The notes under the pieces: model-generated | The model's database searches: none | The model's input: the letters and a program-made list of their open reading frames with translations, nothing else | What the model was told of the DNA's origin: nothing | NCBI GenBank assembly: GCA_951406725.2 | Contig: OX597827.1 | Coordinates: 35,774,001 to 35,838,000 of the forward strand | Reading direction: 5' to 3' | From: Octopus vulgaris | Taxonomy: Eukaryota | Length of the DNA stretch: 64,000 bases | Translations under genes and position numbers: made by a program | In this document: positions 24,685 through 36,200 of the stretch, in pieces | How the letters are laid out: the number at the start of each line of letters is the position of its first letter | Numbering within the stretch: the first letter of the stretch is position 1

Positions 24685-24845
24685 ATGATAATTGTAATAA
24701 CATTACTGAAAGTAATAATAGCTACAATGGTAATAATGAATGTCATATAATAAGTATAACCAATAGCTATAGAATTGCTAATAATAATAACACAAATAGG
24801 AATAATTATGTTAATAATACGAATAATACCAGGAATGTAAGTACA

Positions 24846-25736
24846 GTGAATGAGGACAGCAATGTTATCTGCAATAACACTACACATTTAGAAACCAATA
24901 CCGACAGCAATACTAACAGCATCAACAATATTAATAATGAAAGTAGGGTTATAGAACCAAATGATAGTGTAGGAATACCGATAAATGATAATACTACTTT
25001 AGATAATAACATTAACTACAATAATGATAACATTATTTTAGATAACAGCATCAACAATATTAATAATGAAAGTAGGGTTATAGAACCAAATGAAAATGTA
25101 AGAATACCAATAAATGATAATACTACTTTAGATAATAATATTAACTACAATAATGATAACATTATTTTAGATAGCAGCAATAACCAAAATCATGAAAAAT
25201 ATACCCGCACTGTTTCGAGCAACAGTAGTATGAGACTTCTATCCTCAAATTATTCTACTTCAAATTATAATTCCCCTAGATGTAACTGCAGAATTAAATC
25301 AAAATGCCCGGCGCCTGGTTTATGCAGGTTAAATAACATAATCTACAAATGCTCCATAACCACAGATAATAATAAATTCACTTATGTAGGATGTACCATA
25401 AATTTTAAGAAAATAATTACTAACCATCTATCCTCCTTCAGATTACGTCATAAAGCTGATAGCACCACTCTTTCTAGTAAAATTTGGGAACTAAAAAACA
25501 ATAATATCAAATATAACCTTAATTGGGAATTAGTTAGAAGAGCGATACCCTATAAAAATAGCAGAGTAGGTTGTCAACTTTGCTCCATGGAAACATTTGA
25601 AATACTAATGTATAGAAAAAATAATGAAATTTTATTGAACAACAGGATTGAACTGGGAAAATATCTTGTATCCACGCTCGAACTAGGACTCTTAAATATT
25701 TTAAATGATGTTTTAATTGATAACAGTATATATTAA
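24846..25736 (+). CDS. Penelope-like GIY-YIG endonuclease ORF (fragment of the element polyprotein)
   Basis: CNCR.K.KCP..G.C...NIIYKC...YVGCT..FK....NH.SSF...STTLS..IWELK...C.LC..E. The Asn-rich N-terminal part contains a 129 bp tandem duplication. Confidence 0.88.
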   Translation: MNEDSNVICNNTTHLETNTDSNTNSINNINNESRVIEPNDSVGIPINDNTTLDNNINYNNDNIILDNSINNINNESRVIEPNENVRIPINDNTTLDNNINYNNDNIILDSSNNQNHEKYTRTVSSNSSMRLLSSNYSTSNYNSPRCNCRIKSKCPAPGLCRLNNIIYKCSITTDNNKFTYVGCTINFKKIITNHLSSFRLRHKADSTTLSSKIWELKNNNIKYNLNWELVRRAIPYKNSRVGCQLCSMETFEILMYRKNNEILLNNRIELGKYLVSTLELGLLNILNDVLIDNSIY

Positions 25737-26778
25737 AATCACTTTGTATAAAATCACTTTGAATTAAACTTTACTCCTACATATTATATTATATATTTAA
25801 TTAGACAGCTACGATCTAATTAGCTATGATTATATTCTCTCTCTAACTGTACTAGGTGATACTTATTGATTTAAGTTATTTGATTTAATTCTTCATTCTA
25901 TTAGACTATGTAGATAATTTAAATTTTTCTCTCTATTTTTTTCTCTCTATTTCTTAGTCTATTTCATTTTAACCTACTTATAGGAAATTAGTTAGTTAAA
26001 CTTCTTAGTTTCTTTTACACTAATAACTAATTCTGCTAATCCCAAACCTATAATATAATATAATATAATTGTATGGTTTCATTAGAAAATAACTCCATTT
26101 TCTTTTATTTTCTTCTGACCTCTCATTGTATCCCCATAACCTGACAATCTATTAATAGTAACATTAATAAATAAAGAAATAAATTAAATGACCTCAGTTC
26201 GAATTTTGCACCAAATAAGCTAAGATGTTTTCTTATAGTAACAACTTGTGACCCTCCCTTTTAGCTTCCCGTTCCTTCTTTATATAGCAATTAATAGCAG
26301 TAACTGGTCAAATTCAACTTTCTTCCTTAGCTCTGTGATTCTTGTAAATTTCAATAACAGCCTGTTCCTCTACACTAAAAGGCTGTCACTACGCTTCTTA
26401 CTCGGATTATAATACAGCAGTTCTCAGAAATTTCGCACGATTGTATCCAAAATTTCTTCACATAGCTTGATTAACAATTTACTATGAACTATATATGGAC
26501 AAGCACATATTCTGTAAGTTCAATACCTCTCATCGGATCTCCAGGAATCAAACTTTCTTCAATACAGTTAAACTTACACCCTCATTTTTATCTTCACTCA
26601 CTGGAAAACTAGGATGTTTTGAAAAAACTTTTTAATAACCTGATATATGACTGTGTAATACTAATTGAACTCTTAGAAACCAATATGTTATCTAATTTCT
26701 CATTTTTATAGAATTTTCCATGATGTTTCATAAGTGTAACATTATCCCCTTTGATGTTTGGGAATCTCTGATGTTTTT

Positions 26779-26863
26779 TCGGCTGATGAGTACGAGCCAC
26801 CTATATTTACTACAATTTTTGTAGCTTTATTAAAGATGTCCTCGTACGAAACAATTGTACCGA
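26779..26863 (+). ncRNA. Type I hammerhead ribozyme, intact core, in the PLE 3' region
   Basis: tcgg-CTGATGA-gtacgag-(44 nt)-ctcgtac-GAAA-caattg-TA-ccga. Stem I 4 bp, stem II 7 bp perfect, palindromic stem III. Confidence 0.9.
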
Positions 26864-26893
26864 TATATTGATCCATTCTTGTTGCTTTTTTCC

Positions 26894-26975
<82 letters not shown>

Positions 26976-26976
<1 letters not shown>

Positions 26977-27600
26977 TAGCTGGTGTAGCCGATAATTCCC
27001 GGGGGTAAAAATGTTCTATTCGAACGCCTTATTACTTTGATGTAAGAGGTGTATTTTCCGTCACGAAAACGTACAAAAAGCTGTCAGTTGGAAGAGGGAG
27101 AGATTATTGGACGTTGGCGAAAGAGCTTTTCAGGGGTTGGTGAAAAAGATTGTCGAAGGTTGTCGAGAGAGGTTTTCGGAGGTTGGCGAGAGAGATTGTT
27201 GTAAGTTGGCAAGAGAGGTTGTCTGAGGGAGAGGCATCTTTGTTCCAAAATTTCAGTCTTGCAGGGCTTCGTGATACACAATGTTTTTGGTTTTGCCGTT
27301 GGGTGTATAGATGAATAAATTTTACGGATTTCCAACTCTACAGCGTCCGACATAGAGCTGTCCGTGAGAAAAAGCAGCTCTTGCAAGATTAAGGCCTACC
27401 ACTTCCAATGTCTGACCCTGTGCTTTGTTGATGCTCATTGCAAAGCTTAATCTCAATGGGAATTGTAGCTTTTTGAAATCAATTTGTGTGTCGGAAGGAA
27501 TCAGAGGAATCTTTGGAATGAAAACATCTTCACCACTTACTTTCTATAGGTGGTATGACTTATTTCCATTGAGTGTTTAAAAAAAATAGTTATATAAGAG
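26976..27600 (-). mobile_element. Helitron-like element (same family as 20990-21421)
   Basis: Minus strand ends ...cccgggaattatcggctacaccagCTAG|T into (TA)n. The far end ~27600 reads tctcttatata. Confidence 0.65.
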
Positions 27601-27642
27601 AGATATGAAGCCACAAACACACACCGTTTTTCCACATATGTA

Positions 27643-27693
<51 letters not shown>

Positions 27694-28064
27694 CACTCAC
27701 ACATAAATTTATATACTTATACACATTCATGCACACACACACATACGTGTGTGTACCTGTGCTTATATCAATTACAGGATCAAGTTTTTATTTTTCTACA
27801 TTTTATGAGAAACACGCTAGTATGCGTGATTTATGCTATAACTTATGACACATATATATTATGCGGCGAAATGTTTTAGTACATAGAAGATTTTTTCCAG
27901 TCTGATTCCTCGCATATATAGATATTTCTTTGTCTACTTGCTTATTTTTTCAAAACCAATATTTTGCACAGTCGTTGAAAACAGATCTTGTAGAAACCTC
28001 AACGAGAACAGTCCAATATTTTTGTTAGTAGAAACACAGAGACACTCACGCATGCATGCACACA

Positions 28065-28142
<78 letters not shown>

Positions 28143-28152
28143 TATATATATA

Positions 28153-28960
28153 TTAGGCTGAGTAAAAAGTAAGCAACGTTCTGAAACATGAAATTCATCA
28201 CAATATATTTCAACAATGCGGAAATTTTATTCATCAAAGTAAGTACCATTACAATCAACATACATTTGCCAACGAGTTACAGGTTTGTTTATTCTGGTAA
28301 CAAAAATTTGGAGTTCTGGAGCTGATAAACTCTTTGAACACACTTTCAGCATCGGTTTGATTTTTGAACTCCTTCTCTCGCAGGAAACCATCAAGGTGTT
28401 TGAAAATGTCGTAGTCGGTAGGAGAAAGGTCTGGGGAATAAGGAGTGGGGAAGGACCTTGTAGCCAAGTTCCCTCAACTTTTGGAGCGTCGTTAGTGAAA
28501 CGTGCATCGAGCTTGTCATGAAGAATGATTGGACCTCTTCTTTTGACCAGTCTGGGACAGAGGAGTAGCGGTTTTTCATTTTGCCAATTTCATGGCAATC
28601 TGTTTCTGCAGTAATGGTTTTTCCGAGTTTTAAGAATTTATAGTGGATGAGTCCGACAGTGCACCACCAAACAGTCACCATAACCTTCTTTTTGAAGAGC
28701 TCGGGTTTAGGAAAGGTTTTCGGTGCTTCATTTTGGTCCAAAGACTGAAAAGAACGTTTTTTATTATTGTACAGAATCCACTTTGCATCGCCAGTTACTA
28801 TACGGTCGAGAAATGGATCGGTCTGGTTACGAAGAAGAAGCAACGAGCACATTTCATATCTGCGCATTTCCTGATCTTCATTCAAATCCTGTGGTACCCA
28901 TTTGGGTGAGCTTTTTAAATTGTTTTGGAGAGAAACAACTAGTCAGTTGGATATGCGAGC
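28153..28960 (-). mobile_element. mariner (DD34D) transposase remnant with one terminus
   Basis: FLDRIVTGDAKWILY, KVMVTVWW, PYSPDLSPTDY; frameshifted; terminus adjoins TA. Confidence 0.92.
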
Positions 28961-29047
28961 CTCACAAATATCGCTTCGGATCCGCAGTGGATTCTTTCTG
29001 CCTCCACCCATCGTCATGCCAATGTATAGTACTGGCTCCGGTAAATT

Positions 29048-29684
29048 TTGATCCTTTCACCAGCACGATTTTCACTAAGAAAAAAAAAACTCGGATTTTT
29101 TGCGTGGAATCAAGTACCCTGACCTCCTAATGTGCTGCAAACTCCTTATTTTTGTTCGGAAAAAAAGTGGGGAGCAGAGTGTAGTGGGTGCTTTTCAAGT
29201 GTGACTGGCACGGGAGTCAGTCAGATGGCACTGGCATCGATCACGCTTTTTACGTGCCACCGGCACTAGCGCAGCCGATGCCAGTACCGGCGGCATGTAA
29301 AAGTACCATTCGAGCATATTAGGAGGTCAGGGTACTTGATTCCATACAAAAAATCCGAGTTCTGTTTTCTTAGCGAAAATCGTGTGGGTGAAAAGATCAA
29401 TAGGGGTAGAGATGAAATTTCTGAGAATTCCACCTCACCCCACTCGTTTTACGGACCGAAAAAAGGCTTATTTAGCATATTAGGAGGTCACCGGAATTTA
29501 TTCAACGAAAAAAAAAAACTTTCCAATGATTCTGAAGTATGGGAGGAGGGGCGGTTTTCCCCTCGCCTTTTTTCCAAACAAAAATAAGGAGTTTGCAGCA
29601 TATTAGGAGGTCAGGGTACTTGATTCCACGCCAAAAAATCTGAGGTTTTTTTTCTAGTGAAAATCGTGCTGGTGAAAGAATCAA
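29048..29684. repeat. Fold-back-like composite with ~125 bp inverted arms and internal direct copies
   Basis: 29048-29173 is the imperfect reverse complement of 29559-29684. The motif gcatattaggaggtca recurs at ~29314, 29476 and 29598. Confidence 0.75.
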
Positions 29685-29689
29685 ATAAT

Positions 29690-30390
29690 ACCCTGGCCCC
29701 TTCCACGCGCATGCTGCTCTCCAAAGAATCGGAATGCGTGGCCTAGATGCCACAGGCTTCTCTTACCAGCTCGAGTCAGCAGGGCTAGGCTGAAGGGATG
29801 AGGTCGACTTTGCCTTTCAACCTTTCGGGGTCGATTAAATAAGTACCAGTTACGCACTGGAGTCGATATAATCGACTTAATCCGTTTGTCTGTCCTTGTT
29901 TGTCCCCTCTGTGTTTAGCCCCTTGTGGGTAGTAAAGAAATAGGTATAAGGCCAGATGACATAACAGTTTTCCTGTTCCGCAGTGGTAAGCCTTTCACCT
30001 GAGATGACACATGCTGCGATACCTTCTCCAGCGACAACTTCGTGTGTTCGGGCGCCAGCCCAGGCTTCGCTGCTGGTCAAGCCGAGAAGGGCAAACTGTC
30101 AAAGTATCAACCGCTCTCTGACAGATTTGTGGTCGAGCCTGTGACCATGAAAACATCCAGCGTTCTTGGCCCCCGGACTACATCCCAGTGCACTGCTGTC
30201 GAGGACGAGGTGGCAATCAGCGAGTGTGAATCCTGTGAGCTAGGGTAGCTGTTCCAGCACGTATCCCTCGCCATCCTCCAGAACAACGCCTTTTCCATTT
30301 AGTCCACTGGACCATGAGATAGATCGACTTGTCCTTTTTAGTTACAGCTGTTGTACCTTACTGGTACGTACACCCTTCTTAATAATAAAA
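29690..30390 (+). mobile_element. CRE-like non-LTR retrotransposon 3' fragment (RLE domain) interrupted by a SINE at ~29800-29944
   Basis: HAAL...LE.AGL..RD[G]-SINE-RPD..T......TC.DT....AA..AE..K..KY..L...F.V.P..M.T..V.G, ending in an A-rich tail. Confidence 0.75.
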
Positions 30391-30739
30391 AGTTAGTTAT
30401 TTTACGTCAATTATCCTTCCTCCTCCCGCTTCTAAATGAAATAGGGCACGATTTAAGGTGATTTTGTTGTACCTGCTACGCTCAATCTACCTGAGGATTA
30501 AAATTTTTAATGGAAACTATAATTTCTGGTTTGGGTTTTTTTTTTTTTTACATAAACTTGGATAAAGCTTTCCTCCACCAAACAAACAAATAAATAAATA
30601 AACGACTTATTTCACATCATAAGGTATCCAAAGCCTGGCTTATATTTGTTCCTGTGGGATCTAGAAATTATGTTACAAACTGCCGTTCAAACTGAAAAGA
30701 TCCATCTATTTAATTGACTTATATCCTTCCCTGTGTTAC

Positions 30740-31200
30740 TTAAGTTACAAATGACGTAATTTTTTTCTTAATGATGGACTCGAAACATTATATTAGAAGG
30801 GGAAAGAATTCGTCGATCACCGTTACCAAGGATCTGTGGGACACAAAATGGTTGAAGATGACAGTTGGGTATTTGTTTTCTTTACTACTTTTATGTTCTA
30901 ACTTTTGTTTTCTTTACTATCTCCCTAAGACTCTTTAGTTTTTGTGTATAACTGATGACCAATTTTTTTTAATTGATTAATGTTAATTTCTTCTCGCTCT
31001 CTTCAAGAGTATATGTCTTTCTACGAAGATGGTGATTAATTTCGTCGCTACACGGAGCTTCTTTATTGATGCAAATCCTTCTAGTGAAAAACAAAATTAC
31101 TTTATATATATATATATATATAGTTGTGTGTGGAGTAACGTCCGCCCTTCTCCCTGCCACCTTCCGGAGCTGTATAAAAAAAAAATAAAGGGTAATGGGT
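30740..31200 (+). promoter_or_regulatory. Candidate PACRGL promoter / first exon region
   Basis: Non-repeat, CpG-retaining stretch just before the CpG-poor domain. CRE-like TGACGTAA (30752), X-box-like half site GTTACCAAGG (30822), AAAATGG, and a possible donor TGG|GTATTT at 30868. Inference only. Confidence 0.3.
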
Positions 31201-33469
31201 GCTAACCTTCCCTCTTTGACTAAATACTATAATACGTGTGTATGTGTGTATAAAAATGGGGTAACACTAGAGATGAACAGACACGTACGAAGCCAACAAC
31301 GAATCCTCTAATTGTTGTTTGACATGCTAGAAATAGCAGCCTTGTTCCATGCCATCAGATCCTACCGATTTCAAAAAATGTGCGAATACACATTGGATAA
31401 TGTAAACATAGAAATAATATATCTGAAAAAATAAGCTGAATTTCCTAGCCAGGATCATCTTTGATCATAGATGTACTAGATCAGAGCTGACTTTGGGCTA
31501 AACGTGAACAACAGACGCTGACATACTTGTTCTGAATTATGCTGAGATGAAATTCGAATAACCTGTAACGGTATGACATAACGATATTGCACAATAGCTG
31601 AGACGAATATGTTTATTCTATTTGCGAATATATATTTGTCTTGCTTTAAAACAACGATTCTTAACCTTTGGTCCACAAAAATACTACTGGGGATCGGCGA
31701 AATGCGTTCAAAAGTTTGAAATACTGCTTTGTAAAATTATTCAGTTGCATTGAGAAATGAAATTGGGAATATGGTTTGGTTATTAGTTAATAAAATCGAT
31801 TTATTAAGTAGTGAGCACTTTCAAAAACTTGTGATATATAGGAACATTAGCATTCTTTCGGTATTGGTCTACAGTGTGTCATTGTGTAAGGAAACGACGT
31901 CATTCACCTTCGTTTTCAGTCTAACCTCTTTATCTATGTAATGAGGGAAGGTTGTATGGGTGAAAGATGTAATGTGCCAGTATCAAAGGATTGCCAGAAA
32001 ATTAATTTAAGCAAATGGAGTCGTTGGTGGGGAAAAGATTGGGAAGCAATTGGCATATGTATGTAACAGCATTGGGCAAAATTAGTCTTATTTATGCTTA
32101 AATTTAGCTGAACAAAACTTCCAGTCAATGAAAAAGTTTTTAATCCAGTATAGTGTATCATTTAATAGTTTTACCCTGTTCATGTTTGTGTGTGTGTCCA
32201 TCCATCTAGCATGGCTTGGATGATTTTCCAGGAGCTGGCAACCCAGAGGGCTGTGCCAAGCTCTAGTATCAGCTTTGGCATGATTTCTATGATTGGATGC
32301 CCTTCCTAATGCCAACCACTTTACAGAATGTACTTGATGCTTTTTATATAGCACCAATAGGGTCACCAAATAGCTTGCATGACAGTAAGAACCCCTCGAC
32401 TGAGAGGGGGAATGGTATTGAGGGAGGTGACTTTGTGCGATGATGAGAAATTAAAATAAGAAACAAGTGTCTTGCTGTAGAGGAGAAACTTGGCTACCCC
32501 AGTCTAAAAGAGAGAGAGAAGATGGTGATGATATGCTAGAGAATCCTTGAGATACAACAAGAATATGAGTGGTATAGAGGATTGGACAGGGTGAGTGAGC
32601 AGGAAGTTCATGAGAGTGCAAGAAGAGGGGCAAAGGGGAAAGTAGTGAATAGTGAACATGAGTATATAGGGGAGCAGCAGGACAGCAATGATACAGTTAG
32701 CAGTGGGTGAGGGACAGGAAACAAAGATGACCCAGCAACACTGGGCTTCAGGGGCAAGATGGGGAGAGACAAGCATAGTGCTTAAGGAGATGTAGTTTGG
32801 TTCAATGACAACATAGTGCTTAATTAGATGAGTTTGGTTCAATGGCAGTGGGGAGAGTGAATTAATGTAACGTGGGTGGAGAATACATAATACAAACCAC
32901 TTCCAGAAATCAGTTTTGTTGAGCTAGGCAAGTCTTCTCAAGAACCTCATTGCCAGACATCTTGGTCCGTTGTCATCTCCTCCATAAGGCTCAACATTCT
33001 GAGATCAGTCCTCACTACTTCATCCCATGTCTTTCTGGGCATCCCCCTGCCTTCTGCAGATATTATCTGCTTTAAGCAATCAGCACTTCTTTATGCAGCT
33101 GTTCTCATTCATGTGCATCACATTACCAAACTATCATGGTCTTCCCTCTAGCATGCTACATCTGATTCTTCTTAGCATGTTAGCACTTTGTTGTACATGC
33201 ATGCTGATGTTGTACATCATTGGAGAATACTATTTATATATATATATATGAAGGTAGGCTGGTGGGTTTTCATCTAAGGGACTATAAGTCAGAAAAAATA
33301 TGCACTCATATTTGCCAATAGAGCAGATATATTAATCTCTAAGCTAATATATAGCTTTTAAGCAAATGAACTTGAATGGGAAGATCTGCAAACAGATCTC
33401 TCACTTATTTTGGAGAATTTGTTGCAATTGCTTCCTCCAGAGTCATATCCCAATGATGATCATATTCGT

Positions 33470-33745
33470 CGCAAAAAGTCATGTAAAAAGAATCACCGAA
33501 AACAATCGTAGTAATGAAAACATAGGAATCCAAAATTTCAGGATTGCAGGTCCGGATTCAGCCCGGAATGTTTTTAATTTACTCACAGAGTTAGCCTTTA
33601 GATTATAAAAATTTTTCACAAAAAGTCATGTAAAAAAATCACTGAAAACAATCACAGTAATGAAAACATGGGAATCCAAAATTTTGGAATTGTAGGTCCA
33701 GATCCAGCACAGAATATTTTTAATTTACTCACTGAGTCAGCCTGA
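33470..33745. repeat. Diverged tandem duplication, ~148 bp unit
   Basis: aaaaagtcatgtaaaaa..tcac.gaaaacaatc..agtaatgaaaacat.ggaatccaaaattt occurs twice. Confidence 0.85.
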
Positions 33746-34234
33746 TTCCAAAATGGCATGATATGTTGGGCTATGGCTTCTAGGAGTAAAATTGAAAAAG
33801 TGTGACACACTGACATACAGAATATAAAGTTGGACAAAATGCCACTAAGCATTTTGTCTAGCATGTTAACAATGATAAAAAGGGAAAGAAGAGGAAGAGA
33901 AGCTAGATAGAGAGGAGAACCAAGTGACAAAGTATAAACCAGGAATTAATATTTTAAGAGGGTGTGAAGATATATAACGAGAAATATTCATTTAAACCTA
34001 TTGGTTCCATGGTTCCAAGCTTGAATATAATTCCTTGAGTGTGTGTATCTATAGTAATGTGGAGATGCCAAATACTGATAAAAGGTTAATGAAGAGGCCC
34101 ATGGTGTCAAAGTGAATGGTGGTAGGTTGACCTGGTATGCATGGTAGAATACTCTGAATAGAATAAATGCTCTGTGGTATTCAGATATGTTACTTCATAT
34201 TCTTTAATGAAAATCATACATCATCAAACTTGTC

Positions 34235-34545
34235 TTTCATTAAAGAATGCCACAGTGCTGAAATATGCAGATGACATCAAGCTGTACCTCGAAATAAAGA
34301 GGTTAGATCCTGTACACTATATATCTCTATTGCAAGCAGACCTGGACACAATGCAGCAGTGGATCATGGACTGGCAACTCAAGCTGGCTGTGGACAAATG
34401 TACCACCATGCATTTTGGGAGGAGAAACCCAGCGTCCACTTACTCCCTCCACAACACTAATCTCAAAAAGTGTTCGTGTGAACGTGACCTGGGTGTTATT
34501 GTCGACAGCGATTTGCCAAACACATCACTAAAATTGCCAAGAAGG
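34235..34545 (+). mobile_element. CR1/L2-type LINE RT fragment
   Basis: LKYADDIKLY...LQADLD....W..DWQL.....KC..MHFG...ERDLGVIVDSDL. Confidence 0.88.
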
Positions 34546-34902
34546 CTAAGCTGGCAGAATTGTTAGTGCATTGGACAAAATGCTGAGCAGCATTTCTTCC
34601 TACTCTTTATATTCCAAGTCTAATCACAGCAAAGATCAAGTTTACCTTTCATCCTCCTGGGTCAATATAAGGAAGTACCACTGGCCAAGCAAAATTGTTA
34701 ACATGCTAGACAAAATGCTTAGTGGCATTTTGTCCAACTTTATATTCTGAGTTCAAATTCCACTGAGGTTGAATTTGCTCTTCATTCTTTTGGGGTTGAT
34801 AACATTAGTATCAGCTGAATACTGGAGTCAATGTAATTGACTATCTCCTTCCCCAACAAAAAATTTCAGGCCTTGTATCTAGTGTGAAAAGGATTATTAT
34901 TA

Positions 34903-34948
<46 letters not shown>

Positions 34949-35480
34949 TACTACTACTAAGGCATTAAGGCGGCAGCTGGAAGAATCTTTAGCATGCCAG
35001 GCAAAATGGTTAGTGGTATTTTGTCCATCTTCACGTTGCGAGTTTAAATTCTGCCTTTCATCCTTTCAGGGTTGATAAAATAAGTACCAGCTGAGTACTG
35101 GGGTCGATGTAATTGACTACCTTGTCCTCCAAATTTCTGGCTTTGAGCCTATAGTAGAAACTATTATTATTATTAAGGCAGTGAACTCACCGAATCATTA
35201 GCACATCAGACAAAATGTTTAGTGGCATTTCTTTCAGCACTTCACATTTTGAGTTCAAATCCTACCAAGGTTACCTTTGCCTTTCATCTCTCCAGAGTTG
35301 TTAAAATGAAGTACCAGTCAAGTACTGAGGTCAATGTAATTGATTAACCCCCTCCCCTCAAAATTGCTGGTTTTGTGCCAGAATCAGCTATAAAATTACC
35401 ACTTAAGAACTGAGTCAGTGTAATTGACTGTATCTTCTCTCCAAAATCTATGACTTTGTTTTCATATTAGAAATCACTGG
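34545..35480 (+). mobile_element. Head-to-tail array of ~5 CpG-decayed tRNA-SINE copies separated by (TAT)n
   Basis: Repeated ctggcagaat.gttag...aaaatgcttagtggcattt...gagttcaaattc...aagtaccag units. Confidence 0.85.
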
Positions 35481-35569
35481 CCCTCTACCTATGTAAGAAA
35501 TTATTAAAATGCTCGCAAAAAAATTCCTCATCTTGTGCCTATATTGTACATTGTTTTAATAGCACTTTG

Positions 35570-36200
35570 ATGGCCTTCTCTGGCTCAGTGAAGAGTTGAA
35601 ATGTGAAAAACCAATAACAATAGCTGAGATACAGTCAGTGATGAGCTTTTATATAAGAGCCAAATGTGCTTGCTTTGGATGGTTTGCCTGGCAAGCTCTG
35701 TGGCTACATTCCACACTTGTTCGCTCCTCTCTTGACACATATCTATTGCAACAGACAACTGACAAGGAGTATTTCCGTTTGAGTTAGCCAGATATCCATA
35801 GCACTACTGAAGAAAGATATGGACAAGAGAGACATTATTGATAATGTCTGTACTCTCTTAACACAATTTTTTTGCCAACATGCTTGAGAAGAGAGTGGGT
35901 CATGCAAACATTGTGCAGTTCCCAGCAGATTAGTTTTCACATCAGTGAAAACATCATAGAGAGTGTTGAATAATAAACCTGGCTTCATAGCCTTTGGTAG
36001 TGTCAACCATCTTTACCTGCCAGTTACTTTTAATGACTCTGCTTTCAGAGTCTATATCACTTCAAAGTACAACAGTTTATGGTCAGGGATCAGATTAAAT
36101 GGCTAGTGGGAACTGTTCTAAGTCATATTTTTGGTCTGTCAGGTATGTCCTCTCATTGCTTCAGTATATTTTTTTGTTTATTAAATTATTGCAGGAGCAA
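35570..36200 (+). mobile_element. Highly decayed Tx1/L1 RT remnant
   Basis: CEKPIT.AEI and caaacattgtgcagttcccagcaga (compare QTCAVPSR in ORF 56040-56564). Confidence 0.55.
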
